The notes under the pieces are model-generated. The model was not told where the DNA came from. It worked only from the letters and a program-made list of their open reading frames with translations, and searched no databases. 64,000 bases of DNA, from contig JBPOGH010000006.1 of assembly GCA_051252135.1 (NCBI GenBank), positions 96,001 to 160,000 on the forward strand, written 5' to 3'. Source of the stretch: Verrucomicrobiaceae bacterium. GTDB taxonomy: Bacteria > Verrucomicrobiota > Verrucomicrobiia > Verrucomicrobiales > Akkermansiaceae. Positions 1 to 8,495 of this stretch are shown piece by piece. Position numbers and translations under genes: made by a program. Numbering within the stretch: the stretch's first letter is position 1; every line of letters begins with the position of its first letter.

Positions 1-134
1 CAGTTGGAATCGTGGTCTCCGGTCCATGAATAGCTTGCAGCAACGGCCCAAGGGGACAGGAGCAAGGTGACGGCCAGGGTTTTGCCGCAGGTTGAGCCAC
101 GTCGAGCTCTACCAGTGTTGTTGTTGGTTTTCAT
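1..134 (-). CDS. 5' end of a secreted protein running off the window edge (N-terminus resembles Verrucomicrobia autotransporter-repeat/PEP-CTERM-type proteins)
   Basis: Read by hand from ATG at 134: MKTNNNTGRARRGSTCGKTLAVTLLLSPWAVAASYSWTGDHDSN(W). Basic N-region, hydrophobic stretch and AVA signal cleavage site, then a YxWTG..DxNW motif. Not in the ORF track. Confidence 0.6.
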   Translation of the reverse strand, partial: MKTNNNTGRARRGSTCGKTLAVTLLLSPWAVAASYSWTGDHDSN

Positions 135-423
135 CAGTTTATGGTTTGGGGGTGTGCCCTCCTGATGCGTTTTTTTTCCAAGCCACCTTGAGAAGTGGGG
201 TGAAATCGCTCGCATCCGGGGGGCGGATGCCTTGCGGGTGGTAATCACTCTTTCGGCACAACTGTTGTAACAAACAACTATGTTCCAAATAAGGAAAACA
301 GGGTGTAAGATTACCCGATCTTTATAATGGTAAGGTGGCTGTTTTCCCTAATAATTAGGGGGGAAAGTTAGATGAATGATCGGTTGATTTTTCGACCGGT
401 CATCAGGATCCCCAACTTCCGGA

Positions 424-1947
424 TCAGGGAGAAAATGAGCGTCCGAGGCGGTAGAATTTGATGGCCTGGGAGGGGGCGGGATCGGTGGCGCCGAGGGTGT
501 TGCCGGAGGGGGTGATGGGAGTGCCGAGGGGGTGCCAGTCGTCGGGGTCGAGGGTTTCGGAATATTGGACGAGATAGGTGGCTCCGGGGACGACGTTGGT
601 CCAGAGCATTTGGACTTCGTTATTTAGAGAAGTGAGCTGGGAGGGTTGGGGCATGGCGATGTTTTGAAGTCCGGGAGTGCCGCCGTCCTGATCACTGGGT
701 GCCCAGTGTGCGGGGAGGGAGTTGTCGAGTGAGAGATCGATGAGCATGAGGCTGGGGCCTGAGTTATCGGGTGACGCGGGCCAGTCGCCGGATGATTGGT
801 AGGGGACGGAGTCGATGATGAGGCCGAGTTGATTGCGGAGAATGATGGGTTCGCCATCGACGGGGCGATCGGTGCCGGAGTAGTCGAAGACCCGGATGGG
901 GAGGTGGGAGTAGTTGGAGGCGGTGGCGGCGACGATGAGGTATTCGCCGGGGGCGATGGAGGTGTTGTCAGGGAAGGTGAAGGTGACGCCCATGCTGAAG
1001 CTGGCGAGGGAGAGGTCGTAGGGCTGGGTGCCGCGGTTGTAGAACTCGATGAAGGAATGGTCGTTTCCCTGGGCGGGAGCGGGGTTGTAGTGGACCTCGC
1101 TGATGACGACCGGTTCATCGGGGATGGTCGGGAGATCGGAGAGGTGTTGGAAGACGGGGGTGAGGGTGCCGTTTGGGAGGTCGTGCTCGAGGACAACGAC
1201 GGTGCGGAGAGTGGGGGTGAGTTCTTCCTTGAGTCCGGCTCCGATGAAGCGGACGCCATCGGTGGTAGTGTGGTCGATGAAGAATTCCTCGGTGTCGGTT
1301 CCGGTGCGGTCGCCGGCGAGGCAGATGACATCGATGCCATTGTTTTGGGCTTGGACCAGGTAGGGGTAGACGGTGCTGTGGAAATTTTTTCCCGAGAGGT
1401 TGTTTGAGCTGGCGCCGATTTTTGGGCTGCCTTGCAGGTGTGCAAGCGGGGCGTAGTCGGAGAGCCAGATGAGGTGGTGGTGGACGAGGACGAGGTGGGT
1501 TTCGGTGGTGAGTGAGTCGATGGCGTCTTCGAGGAAGGTGAGCTGGGTTCCGGTGATGTTTTGGCTGTTGGCGGTGGTGTCGAGGACGACAAAGGCGATG
1601 TTGTTTTCGGTATGGGCGTAGAAGGCGGAGCGGCCGGTTTTATCGGTGAGGTAGGACTTGTTGTGGGTGTCGTGATTTCCGAAGGCGGTGAGGGTGTTGG
1701 GGGAGGAGAGGGTGAAGATTTCCTCAAGGTAGTCGACGGTGGCGCGGGTTCCGGTGCCGCGCCAGGTGTAGTCGCCTCCGAGGAGGAGAAGGTTGTAGGC
1801 GGAGTAGTCGATGCGCTCGACAAGCTGCTGGACGATCTCGCCGGGCTCGTCGTCGCGGGGGTGCCCCATGAAGAGATATTGATGGGTGGTGTCCGCGTGG
1901 CAGGCGGCGGCCACGAGCAGGAGGGACGGGAGAAACTTTTTCACCAT
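424..1947 (-). CDS. Secreted calcineurin-like metallophosphoesterase with a lamin-tail domain and a C-terminal beta domain
   Basis: Signal peptide; GGD, GNHD and HH phosphoesterase motifs; lamin-tail signature VVISEVHYNP...FIEFYNRG...DLS; C-terminal YLVQYSETL..W...FYRL. Confidence 0.8.
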   Translation of the reverse strand: MVKKFLPSLLLVAAACHADTTHQYLFMGHPRDDEPGEIVQQLVERIDYSAYNLLLLGGDYTWRGTGTRATVDYLEEIFTLSSPNTLTAFGNHDTHNKSYLTDKTGRSAFYAHTENNIAFVVLDTTANSQNITGTQLTFLEDAIDSLTTETHLVLVHHHLIWLSDYAPLAHLQGSPKIGASSNNLSGKNFHSTVYPYLVQAQNNGIDVICLAGDRTGTDTEEFFIDHTTTDGVRFIGAGLKEELTPTLRTVVVLEHDLPNGTLTPVFQHLSDLPTIPDEPVVISEVHYNPAPAQGNDHSFIEFYNRGTQPYDLSLASFSMGVTFTFPDNTSIAPGEYLIVAATASNYSHLPIRVFDYSGTDRPVDGEPIILRNQLGLIIDSVPYQSSGDWPASPDNSGPSLMLIDLSLDNSLPAHWAPSDQDGGTPGLQNIAMPQPSQLTSLNNEVQMLWTNVVPGATYLVQYSETLDPDDWHPLGTPITPSGNTLGATDPAPSQAIKFYRLGRSFSP

Positions 1948-2038
1948 TGTTGGGAAGATAGGAGATGGGGGGTGGGAGGCAAGAAGTTCCCATCTTTTGG
2001 ATAGGCTTGGGGGGCTTGGGACCGTAGCTTCTTTTGAA

Positions 2039-3559
2039 ATGAGACTTCGCTCCCTTTTACTTCCCTTGATCAGTTGTGTTGCCGTGGTTCAGACTTCGTT
2101 TGGTGCGGAGTCGAAGCGGCCCAACATCCTGTTTATCATTGCCGACGACCAATCGCCTCAGGATTTGAAAATTTACAATCCGCGGTCGGTTCTGGACACG
2201 CCGGTGCTGAGCAAGTTGGCGGCGGAGGGGATGGTGCTGGATGGGGCGCATCACATGGGATCGTTTTCGGGTGCGGTGTGTACGCCGAGTCGTCACATGG
2301 TGATGTGTGGCCGGACGGTGTGGCATTTGCCGAATGCGACGAAGCTGGTGGGAGACGGGCTTTGTCCGGAAGGGGTGGAGAAGAACACGATGGCGGCGGT
2401 GTTTAACCGGGCGGGCTACGACACGATGCGGACGTGTAAGAGGGGGAACAGCTATGCGGATGCGAACAAGCAGTTCACGGTGGTTCGCGATGCGACAAAG
2501 CGGGGAGGGACCGAGGAGAGCGGTAGCGGTTGGCATGCGAAGCAGGTGCTCGATTACTTGAATGAGCGTGAGGCGGCAAAGGACGAGGATCCGTTTTTGA
2601 TCTACTTTGGATTTTCGCATCCGCATGACGTGCGGGACGGGACGCCGGAGCTGCTGGAAAAATATGGAGCGGTGAATCATACGGACCGTGAGAATCTTCC
2701 ACCGGCGAACGAGAAGCAGCCGCAGTTGCCGATCAATTATTTGCCGAAGCATCCTTTTGAACACGGGCATCCGAATTTGCGGGATGAAGTGGCAGTGAAG
2801 GGTGTTTGGGAGAAGCGGGATGAGCGGACGATTCGTAATGAGATCGGTCGGGAGTTTGCTTGCTCTGAGAATATCGATATTCAGATCGGCAAAGTGCTCG
2901 CGAAGCTGGAAGCAATGGGGGAATTGGAGAACACGTATATCGTTTATACGGCGGACCACGGGATGGCGATCGGGCGTCATGGCTTGCAAGGGAAACAGAA
3001 CCTGTATGAGCATACGTGGAAGGTGCCGTTTATTGTGAAGGGGCCGGGAGTGAAGGCGGGAGCGCGCGCGGAGGGAAATATCTACCTGCTCGATGTGCTG
3101 GCGACGCTTTGTGATTTTGCGGGGATTGATGCGCCGTCGAGCAACGAGGGGTTAAGTTTTCTGCCGGTGTTAAAAGGGGAGAAGGAAGTGATGCGTGATG
3201 TGCTTTATGGAACGTATTCCGGTGGCACGAAGCCGGGGATGCGGAGTGTGAAGAAGGGTGACTGGAAGCTGATCAAATACGATGTGCTTGATGGGAAAGT
3301 GCGCGAGACGCAGCTTTTTAATCTGAAGGAGAATCCTCACGAATATCTTGCCGAGCACGGGAAGGATGATTCGAAGTTGGTGAATCTTGCGGGCGATCCG
3401 GCCCATGTCGGGAAGCTTGCTGAAATGGAAGCGCTGCTGCTGGAAGAGATGCGGCGATTGAATGATCCGTATCGTTTGTGGAACCAGCCGCAGGAGGTTG
3501 CCCCACCGAAGAAGGCCAAGGCTCCCCAGAAGAAGCGGAAGCAGAAGCAGGCGAAATGA
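2039..3559 (+). CDS. Sulfatase (Cys-type, choline-sulfatase-like family)
   Basis: RPNILFIIADD, formylglycine motif CTPSR, SHPHD, TADHG, GKQNLYE. Start moved to ATG 2039 (MRLRSLLL signal peptide). Confidence 0.9.
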   Translation: MRLRSLLLPLISCVAVVQTSFGAESKRPNILFIIADDQSPQDLKIYNPRSVLDTPVLSKLAAEGMVLDGAHHMGSFSGAVCTPSRHMVMCGRTVWHLPNATKLVGDGLCPEGVEKNTMAAVFNRAGYDTMRTCKRGNSYADANKQFTVVRDATKRGGTEESGSGWHAKQVLDYLNEREAAKDEDPFLIYFGFSHPHDVRDGTPELLEKYGAVNHTDRENLPPANEKQPQLPINYLPKHPFEHGHPNLRDEVAVKGVWEKRDERTIRNEIGREFACSENIDIQIGKVLAKLEAMGELENTYIVYTADHGMAIGRHGLQGKQNLYEHTWKVPFIVKGPGVKAGARAEGNIYLLDVLATLCDFAGIDAPSSNEGLSFLPVLKGEKEVMRDVLYGTYSGGTKPGMRSVKKGDWKLIKYDVLDGKVRETQLFNLKENPHEYLAEHGKDDSKLVNLAGDPAHVGKLAEMEALLLEEMRRLNDPYRLWNQPQEVAPPKKAKAPQKKRKQKQAK

Positions 3560-3816
3560 GTGAATCGATTTGGTTCCTTTACATGATCAAATGCGGCGAC
3601 GGGTCGCTTTACACCGGGATCGCGACCGATGTGGAGCGGCGGTTTGCGGAGCATGAGGAAGGTGCTCCGAAGGGGGCGAAGTATACGCGGGGGAAGGGGC
3701 CGTTGAGTTTGGTCTATCAGGTTGAGGTTGGGACGCGGTCGGAGGCTTGCAAGGAAGAGTTGCGGGTGAAAAGTTTGACGAAGAAGGAGAAGCTTAAGCT
3801 GGTGGAGATTGGTTGA
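3556..3816 (+). CDS. GIY-YIG nuclease family protein (YhbQ/YazA-like)
   Basis: LYMIKCGDGSLYTGIATDVERRFAEH...GAKYTRG...E..VK. Start at ATG 3556 overlaps the sulfatase stop (ATGA). Confidence 0.9.
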   Translation: MSESIWFLYMIKCGDGSLYTGIATDVERRFAEHEEGAPKGAKYTRGKGPLSLVYQVEVGTRSEACKEELRVKSLTKKEKLKLVEIG

Positions 3817-3856
3817 TTGGGTAGATTGGGAAGCTCTCGAGAAGAGTGATCCATTT

Positions 3857-6800
3857 ATGAACCGGTTTATTTGTGCAGCATTCTTTGGGACGACGATTGG
3901 GGTGGCCTCTTCAGCTGAGGCCTGGGTGAGCAGGGAGTTGGTGGGAGAGTTTTATGCGGAGGGCGCGGGGGTGGGCGATGTGGATGGGGACGGGGCGGTG
4001 GATTTGGTTTATGGTCCGTGGTGGCTGAAGGGGCCGGGTTTTGGGGAGAAGAGGCGTTACACGAAGGGGGAGCCTTTTGTGGGCGAGAGGGGATATTCGG
4101 ATCATTTTTTCAGCTTTGTGCGGGACTTCGATGGGGACGGGCGGAGTGATTTGTTGGTGTTTGGATTTCCGGGGAAGGAGGCGCGGCTTTATGTGAATCC
4201 GGGAGGGGAGTCGGAGGAGTGGCCGATGTTTGTGGTGGCGACGGAGGTGGCGAATGAAGCGCCGTATTTTGCGGATTTGATTGCGGGCGGTCATGAGGAA
4301 ATTGTGTGCGCGCGGTCGGGGGAATATGGCTTTTATAAAGCGGGAGAGGATGTGACGAAGCCGTGGGCGTGGCATGCGGTTTCAGGGAAGGGCGAGGCAG
4401 CGACGCCCTTTGGTCACGGGTTGGGGGTTGGTGATGTGAACGGGGATGGGCGCTTGGATGTGGTGGAGAAGATGTCGTGGTATGAGCAGCCGGTTGATGG
4501 TGGGGCGTGGACGAGGCATGCGTGGGAGATTGTGCCGTATGGCGGTGGGGGCGCGCAGATATTGGTGCATGATTTCGATGGAGACGGGGACGGGGATGTG
4601 GTGAGTTCATTTAACGCGCACGGGCATGGGTTGGGGTGGTTTGAGCAGCTGGAGGGGGGGCGGTTTGAGCGGCATCATTTGATGGGGAAGAGCTCGACGG
4701 AGGGTGCGTATGGGGTGGCGTTTTCGCAGCTGCATGCGTTGGAGAAGGCGGATGTCGATGGTGATGGGCGAATGGATTTTGTGACGGGGAAGCGTTATTT
4801 GGCGCATCAGGGGAAGGATGTGGGAGGGTTGGAAGCTCCGGTGCTGTATTGGTTTCGCAATACGGTGGGGGCTGATGGGGAGTTGGAGTTTGTGCCGCAC
4901 TTGATCGATGACGACTCAGGGGTGGGCGTGGGGTTGCCGGTGGCAGATTTGAACGGGGACGGGACGCTTGATGTGGTGACGGCGAACAAGAAGGGTCTGA
5001 TTGTCCACTTGCAGCAGGCGGGAGCGCGGCACGAGGGACTGGAGAAGTGGAAGGTGGCGGGTGGCCGTTCGCAGAAAGATTACGGGTCGGGGCTTTCGGC
5101 GGAGGAGGCGTTGAAGCGGATGGAAGTGCCGGAGGGGTTTGAGGTTGATTTGATTGCGAGTGAGCCGGAGGTGAGGCAGCCGATTGCGATGTGCTTTGAT
5201 GTGCGGGGGAGAATCTGGGTGGTGGAGGGGCACACCTATCCGGTGAGAGCACCCGAGGGTGAGGGGAAGGATCGGATTTTGATTCTCGAAGATGCGGATG
5301 GAGATGGGACTTTTGAATCGAGGAAGGTGTTTGCGGAGGGGCTTAATTTGGTGAGCGGGATCGAGGTGGGCTTTGGTGGGGTGTATGTGGGGGCGGCTCC
5401 TTACTTTCTCTTTATTGCGGATCGGGATGGAGACGATGTGCCGGACGGGGAGCCGGAGGTTCTGTTAGATGGATGGGGGTATGAGGATACGCACGAGACG
5501 CTGAATGCCTTTACGTGGGGGCCGGACGGTTGGTTGTACGGGTGTCACGGAGTGTTTACGCACTCGAAGGTGGGGAAGCCGGGGACTCCGGAAGGCGAGC
5601 GTGAACCAATCAATGCGGGGGTGTGGCGTTTTCATCCGGAGACGCAGGAGTTCGAGGTTTATGCGCACGGGACGAGCAATCCGTGGGGGGTGGATTTTAA
5701 CGAATACGGGGATTGGTTTGTGAGTGCTTGTGTCATTCCACACTTCTTCCATTTGTCACAAGGGGGGCGATACCGGCGGCAGGCGGGGCAGCATTTTGAT
5801 GCGCACACCTACGATGATATTAAGACGATTGCGGATCATGCGCACTTTGCGGGGAACATTCGCGATCATGCCTTTTGGGGAGTGAACAAGGATAACGCTC
5901 CGGCGGCACCGAGTGATACTTCGGCGCTGGGTGGCGGGCATGCGCATTGTGGGCTGGTGCTTTATCAGGGGGAGGAGTTTCCGGAGCGTTATCGTGGGCA
6001 GGCGTTTTTTCACAATTTGCACGGGCACCGGATGGTGCGGGAGGAGCTTGAGCGAGACGGGTCGGGGTTTGTGGCGCGGCATCGGCCGGATTTTTTGCTG
6101 ACGAACAATCACGACTTCATCGGGGTGGGATTGATGCAGGGGCCGGATGGGGCGTTGTATTTTTCGGACTGGGTGGATCCGCAGACGTGTCATCATCGTG
6201 ACGTGAAGATCTGGGACCGGAGCAACGGGCGGATTTTCCGGGTGAGGTATGGGGATGTGCAGAAGGATGTTCCTGATTTGGGGACGTTGGGCGACGGGGC
6301 GTTGGTGGCGATGCTGGGATCGGGGAATGCGGTGCGGGCGCGGATGGCGCAGCGGCTGTTACAGGAGAGAGCGGTGGCAGGGACGTTTGAGGTGGAACTG
6401 GTGCGGGCCGGGCTGGATGATTTTGAGAAGAGGCATCGTGACTCGGTGCCGATGCGGCTGCGGGGACTTTGGGCGAAGCATGTGTGCGGGGTGTTGTCGG
6501 AGGAGGAACTTTTGGTGAATCTGGATGATGGGGAAGAAGTGATCCGGGGGTGGTCGGTTCAGTTGTTGGGTGAAGGGAAAGGAGCGCTGGCGGCGCCGAT
6601 TCATGAGAAATTGGTGAGGATGGCGAAGGATGATTACTCGTTGGTGGTGCGTCGTTATTTGGCTTCGCTTCTGCAGCGATTGCCTTTGGAGCAGCGGTGG
6701 GAGATTGCGGAGGGGTTGATCGGGCATCATCGGAGTGAGGCTGATCGGAATATTCCCTTGTTGAGCTGGTATGGAATTGAGCCCTTGGTCGTTGCTGATC

Positions 6801-8494
6801 CGGTGCGGGCGCTGGGGTTGGTGTCGAAGACGCCATGGGCGGGCTTGAAAGGATTTGTGTTGAAGCGGGCGTCAGGGCTTCCGGAGGGACGGGTGGCGAT
6901 GATGACGGCTCTCGAGAGGGCGGGGTCGGCTGGAGAATTTGAGAGGTTGGGAAGGGAATTGTTGCGGACTTTGGAGAGCGGGGGTGCGGTGGAGATGCCT
7001 GACAATTGGGCGGCGATGAAAGCGCGGGGGGAGGGATTTGCTGCCCGGAACGCGGCGCTCTTTGATCTCGTGGCGCGGCTTGGGGTGCGCTTTGGTGATG
7101 AGGCATTTTTTCCAAAGTGGCGGCAGGTGGTGGTCGATGGGGAGCAAGCGATGGCGAAGCGGGAGGAGGCGATGGAGTTGCTTTTGGCAGGCAAGGATGC
7201 GGGGTTGAAAGAGCTGGCGTTGGAGGTGCTGGGTGAGCGGGGCTTGCAGAAGGTGGCTCTGCGGGCGCTGCGGGATTTTCCAGGTGCGGATACGGCGGCG
7301 GCGATTGTTGAGGCGCTTCCGAAATTTGCGCTGCCCGAGCGGAACGATGCGATCAACCTGTTGGCAACACGGCCGGAAATGGCGTTGGCGTTGCTGAAGG
7401 CGGTGGATTCGGGTGGGCTTTCGGCTTCGTTGATCTCGCCGGTGATGTTGGATCAATTCGGGAGATTTCATAACGAGCAGATCGATGCGTTGGTGGAAAA
7501 GAATTGGGCGCGGGCCGGGGCAGAGGTGGATCTGGCGAAGTTGGGTGAGAGCATCAAGGAATGGGAGGGGAAATTGAGTGGGCCGATGAAGAAGGCGAAT
7601 GCTTCGCGAGGGCGGCAGGTATACACCGTGACGTGCGGGAGTTGTCATCAGCTCTTTGGGGAAGGGATTGCGTTGGGGCCGGATTTGACGGGGTCGAATC
7701 GGACCAATCTGCATTATGTTTTGGAGAACGTGCTCGCGCCGAGTGCGGTGGTGGGACGGGATTATTTGCTCCATGTTTTTAAGATGAAGGATGGCTCGAC
7801 GGTGAGTGGGATGATCCGGAAGGAGACGGAAGTGGTGATTAGGTTGGCGATGCCGGGGGGCTCGGTGGTGGAGGTTGAAGTTGGCAAGATTGAGAGCCGG
7901 ATGGAATATCCGCAGTCGCTGATGCCTTCGGGGTTGTTTGAGGCGTTGCCCTTGCAGGAGGTGGCCGACCTGGTGGCTTATCTTGCGAGTCCGGCGCAGG
8001 TGGCATTGCCGGGAGAGAAGCGGGAGGTGGTGCAGAGCGCGGTGGGGCCGCCGGCGAAAGGAGTGATTCGGGTGGAGGTCGAGCAGTTGGTGGGCTCGGC
8101 GCATGCCGGAGGGGGGCTGGTGAGAGATCAGGGGATGGCGGGATTTGGGCCTGGGTGGTCGGGGAACAACCAGCTTTGGTGGACGGGCGGGAAGCCGGGA
8201 GATGTGCTGACGCTGAAGGTGGAAGCGCTGAAGCCGGGGACGAAGAATGTGACCTTGTTTCCGACGACGGCGGTGGATTACGCGCGGGTAAAGATCGCGA
8301 TTAACGGGCAGCTTCAGGAAGCGGATTGGTTTTCAAAGAAGGTGCTGCCGGGCGAGCCGGTGCGCTTTGAAAAAGTGAATGTTAGTCCGGGAGAGCCGAT
8401 GCAGATCGACATTCACATCACAGGGAAAAACCCGGAAGCAGTCCCAGGATATATGGTGGGGCTGGACCGGATTGAGGTGGAGATGGTGGAGTGA
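3857..8494 (+). CDS. Large PVC-type heme-binding protein: FG-GAP/VCBS repeats, sorbosone-dehydrogenase-like beta-propeller, HEAT-like repeats, cytochrome c and C-terminal beta domain
   Basis: Repeated GDVDGDG/DFDGDG motifs; VPEGFEVDLIASEP...PIAMCFD.RGRIWV; WGPDGWLYG; single CGSCH followed by GPDLTG and SLMPSGL. Start set at ATG 3857. Confidence 0.85.
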   Translation: MNRFICAAFFGTTIGVASSAEAWVSRELVGEFYAEGAGVGDVDGDGAVDLVYGPWWLKGPGFGEKRRYTKGEPFVGERGYSDHFFSFVRDFDGDGRSDLLVFGFPGKEARLYVNPGGESEEWPMFVVATEVANEAPYFADLIAGGHEEIVCARSGEYGFYKAGEDVTKPWAWHAVSGKGEAATPFGHGLGVGDVNGDGRLDVVEKMSWYEQPVDGGAWTRHAWEIVPYGGGGAQILVHDFDGDGDGDVVSSFNAHGHGLGWFEQLEGGRFERHHLMGKSSTEGAYGVAFSQLHALEKADVDGDGRMDFVTGKRYLAHQGKDVGGLEAPVLYWFRNTVGADGELEFVPHLIDDDSGVGVGLPVADLNGDGTLDVVTANKKGLIVHLQQAGARHEGLEKWKVAGGRSQKDYGSGLSAEEALKRMEVPEGFEVDLIASEPEVRQPIAMCFDVRGRIWVVEGHTYPVRAPEGEGKDRILILEDADGDGTFESRKVFAEGLNLVSGIEVGFGGVYVGAAPYFLFIADRDGDDVPDGEPEVLLDGWGYEDTHETLNAFTWGPDGWLYGCHGVFTHSKVGKPGTPEGEREPINAGVWRFHPETQEFEVYAHGTSNPWGVDFNEYGDWFVSACVIPHFFHLSQGGRYRRQAGQHFDAHTYDDIKTIADHAHFAGNIRDHAFWGVNKDNAPAAPSDTSALGGGHAHCGLVLYQGEEFPERYRGQAFFHNLHGHRMVREELERDGSGFVARHRPDFLLTNNHDFIGVGLMQGPDGALYFSDWVDPQTCHHRDVKIWDRSNGRIFRVRYGDVQKDVPDLGTLGDGALVAMLGSGNAVRARMAQRLLQERAVAGTFEVELVRAGLDDFEKRHRDSVPMRLRGLWAKHVCGVLSEEELLVNLDDGEEVIRGWSVQLLGEGKGALAAPIHEKLVRMAKDDYSLVVRRYLASLLQRLPLEQRWEIAEGLIGHHRSEADRNIPLLSWYGIEPLVVADPVRALGLVSKTPWAGLKGFVLKRASGLPEGRVAMMTALERAGSAGEFERLGRELLRTLESGGAVEMPDNWAAMKARGEGFAARNAALFDLVARLGVRFGDEAFFPKWRQVVVDGEQAMAKREEAMELLLAGKDAGLKELALEVLGERGLQKVALRALRDFPGADTAAAIVEALPKFALPERNDAINLLATRPEMALALLKAVDSGGLSASLISPVMLDQFGRFHNEQIDALVEKNWARAGAEVDLAKLGESIKEWEGKLSGPMKKANASRGRQVYTVTCGSCHQLFGEGIALGPDLTGSNRTNLHYVLENVLAPSAVVGRDYLLHVFKMKDGSTVSGMIRKETEVVIRLAMPGGSVVEVEVGKIESRMEYPQSLMPSGLFEALPLQEVADLVAYLASPAQVALPGEKREVVQSAVGPPAKGVIRVEVEQLVGSAHAGGGLVRDQGMAGFGPGWSGNNQLWWTGGKPGDVLTLKVEALKPGTKNVTLFPTTAVDYARVKIAINGQLQEADWFSKKVLPGEPVRFEKVNVSPGEPMQIDIHITGKNPEAVPGYMVGLDRIEVEMVE

Positions 8495-8495
8495 T

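Noticed and set aside
253..347. Sigma54-like CGGCACAACTGTTGT and the inverted repeat GGAAAACAG...CTGTTTTCC
   Set aside because: The -12 GC is missing and the site points away from the gene starting at 134; the repeat is short and could be chance.
624..1823. 399-aa Pro/Ser/Thr-rich ORF resembling a mucin-like protein
   Set aside because: Alternative frame of the real phosphoesterase gene, produced by C-rich codon bias.
1886..2038. Upstream start extensions given by the ORF track (also 3478, 3809, 10460, 40779, 43947, 50134)
   Set aside because: They overlap neighbouring genes or regulatory DNA; downstream ATGs give proper signal peptides or family N-termini.
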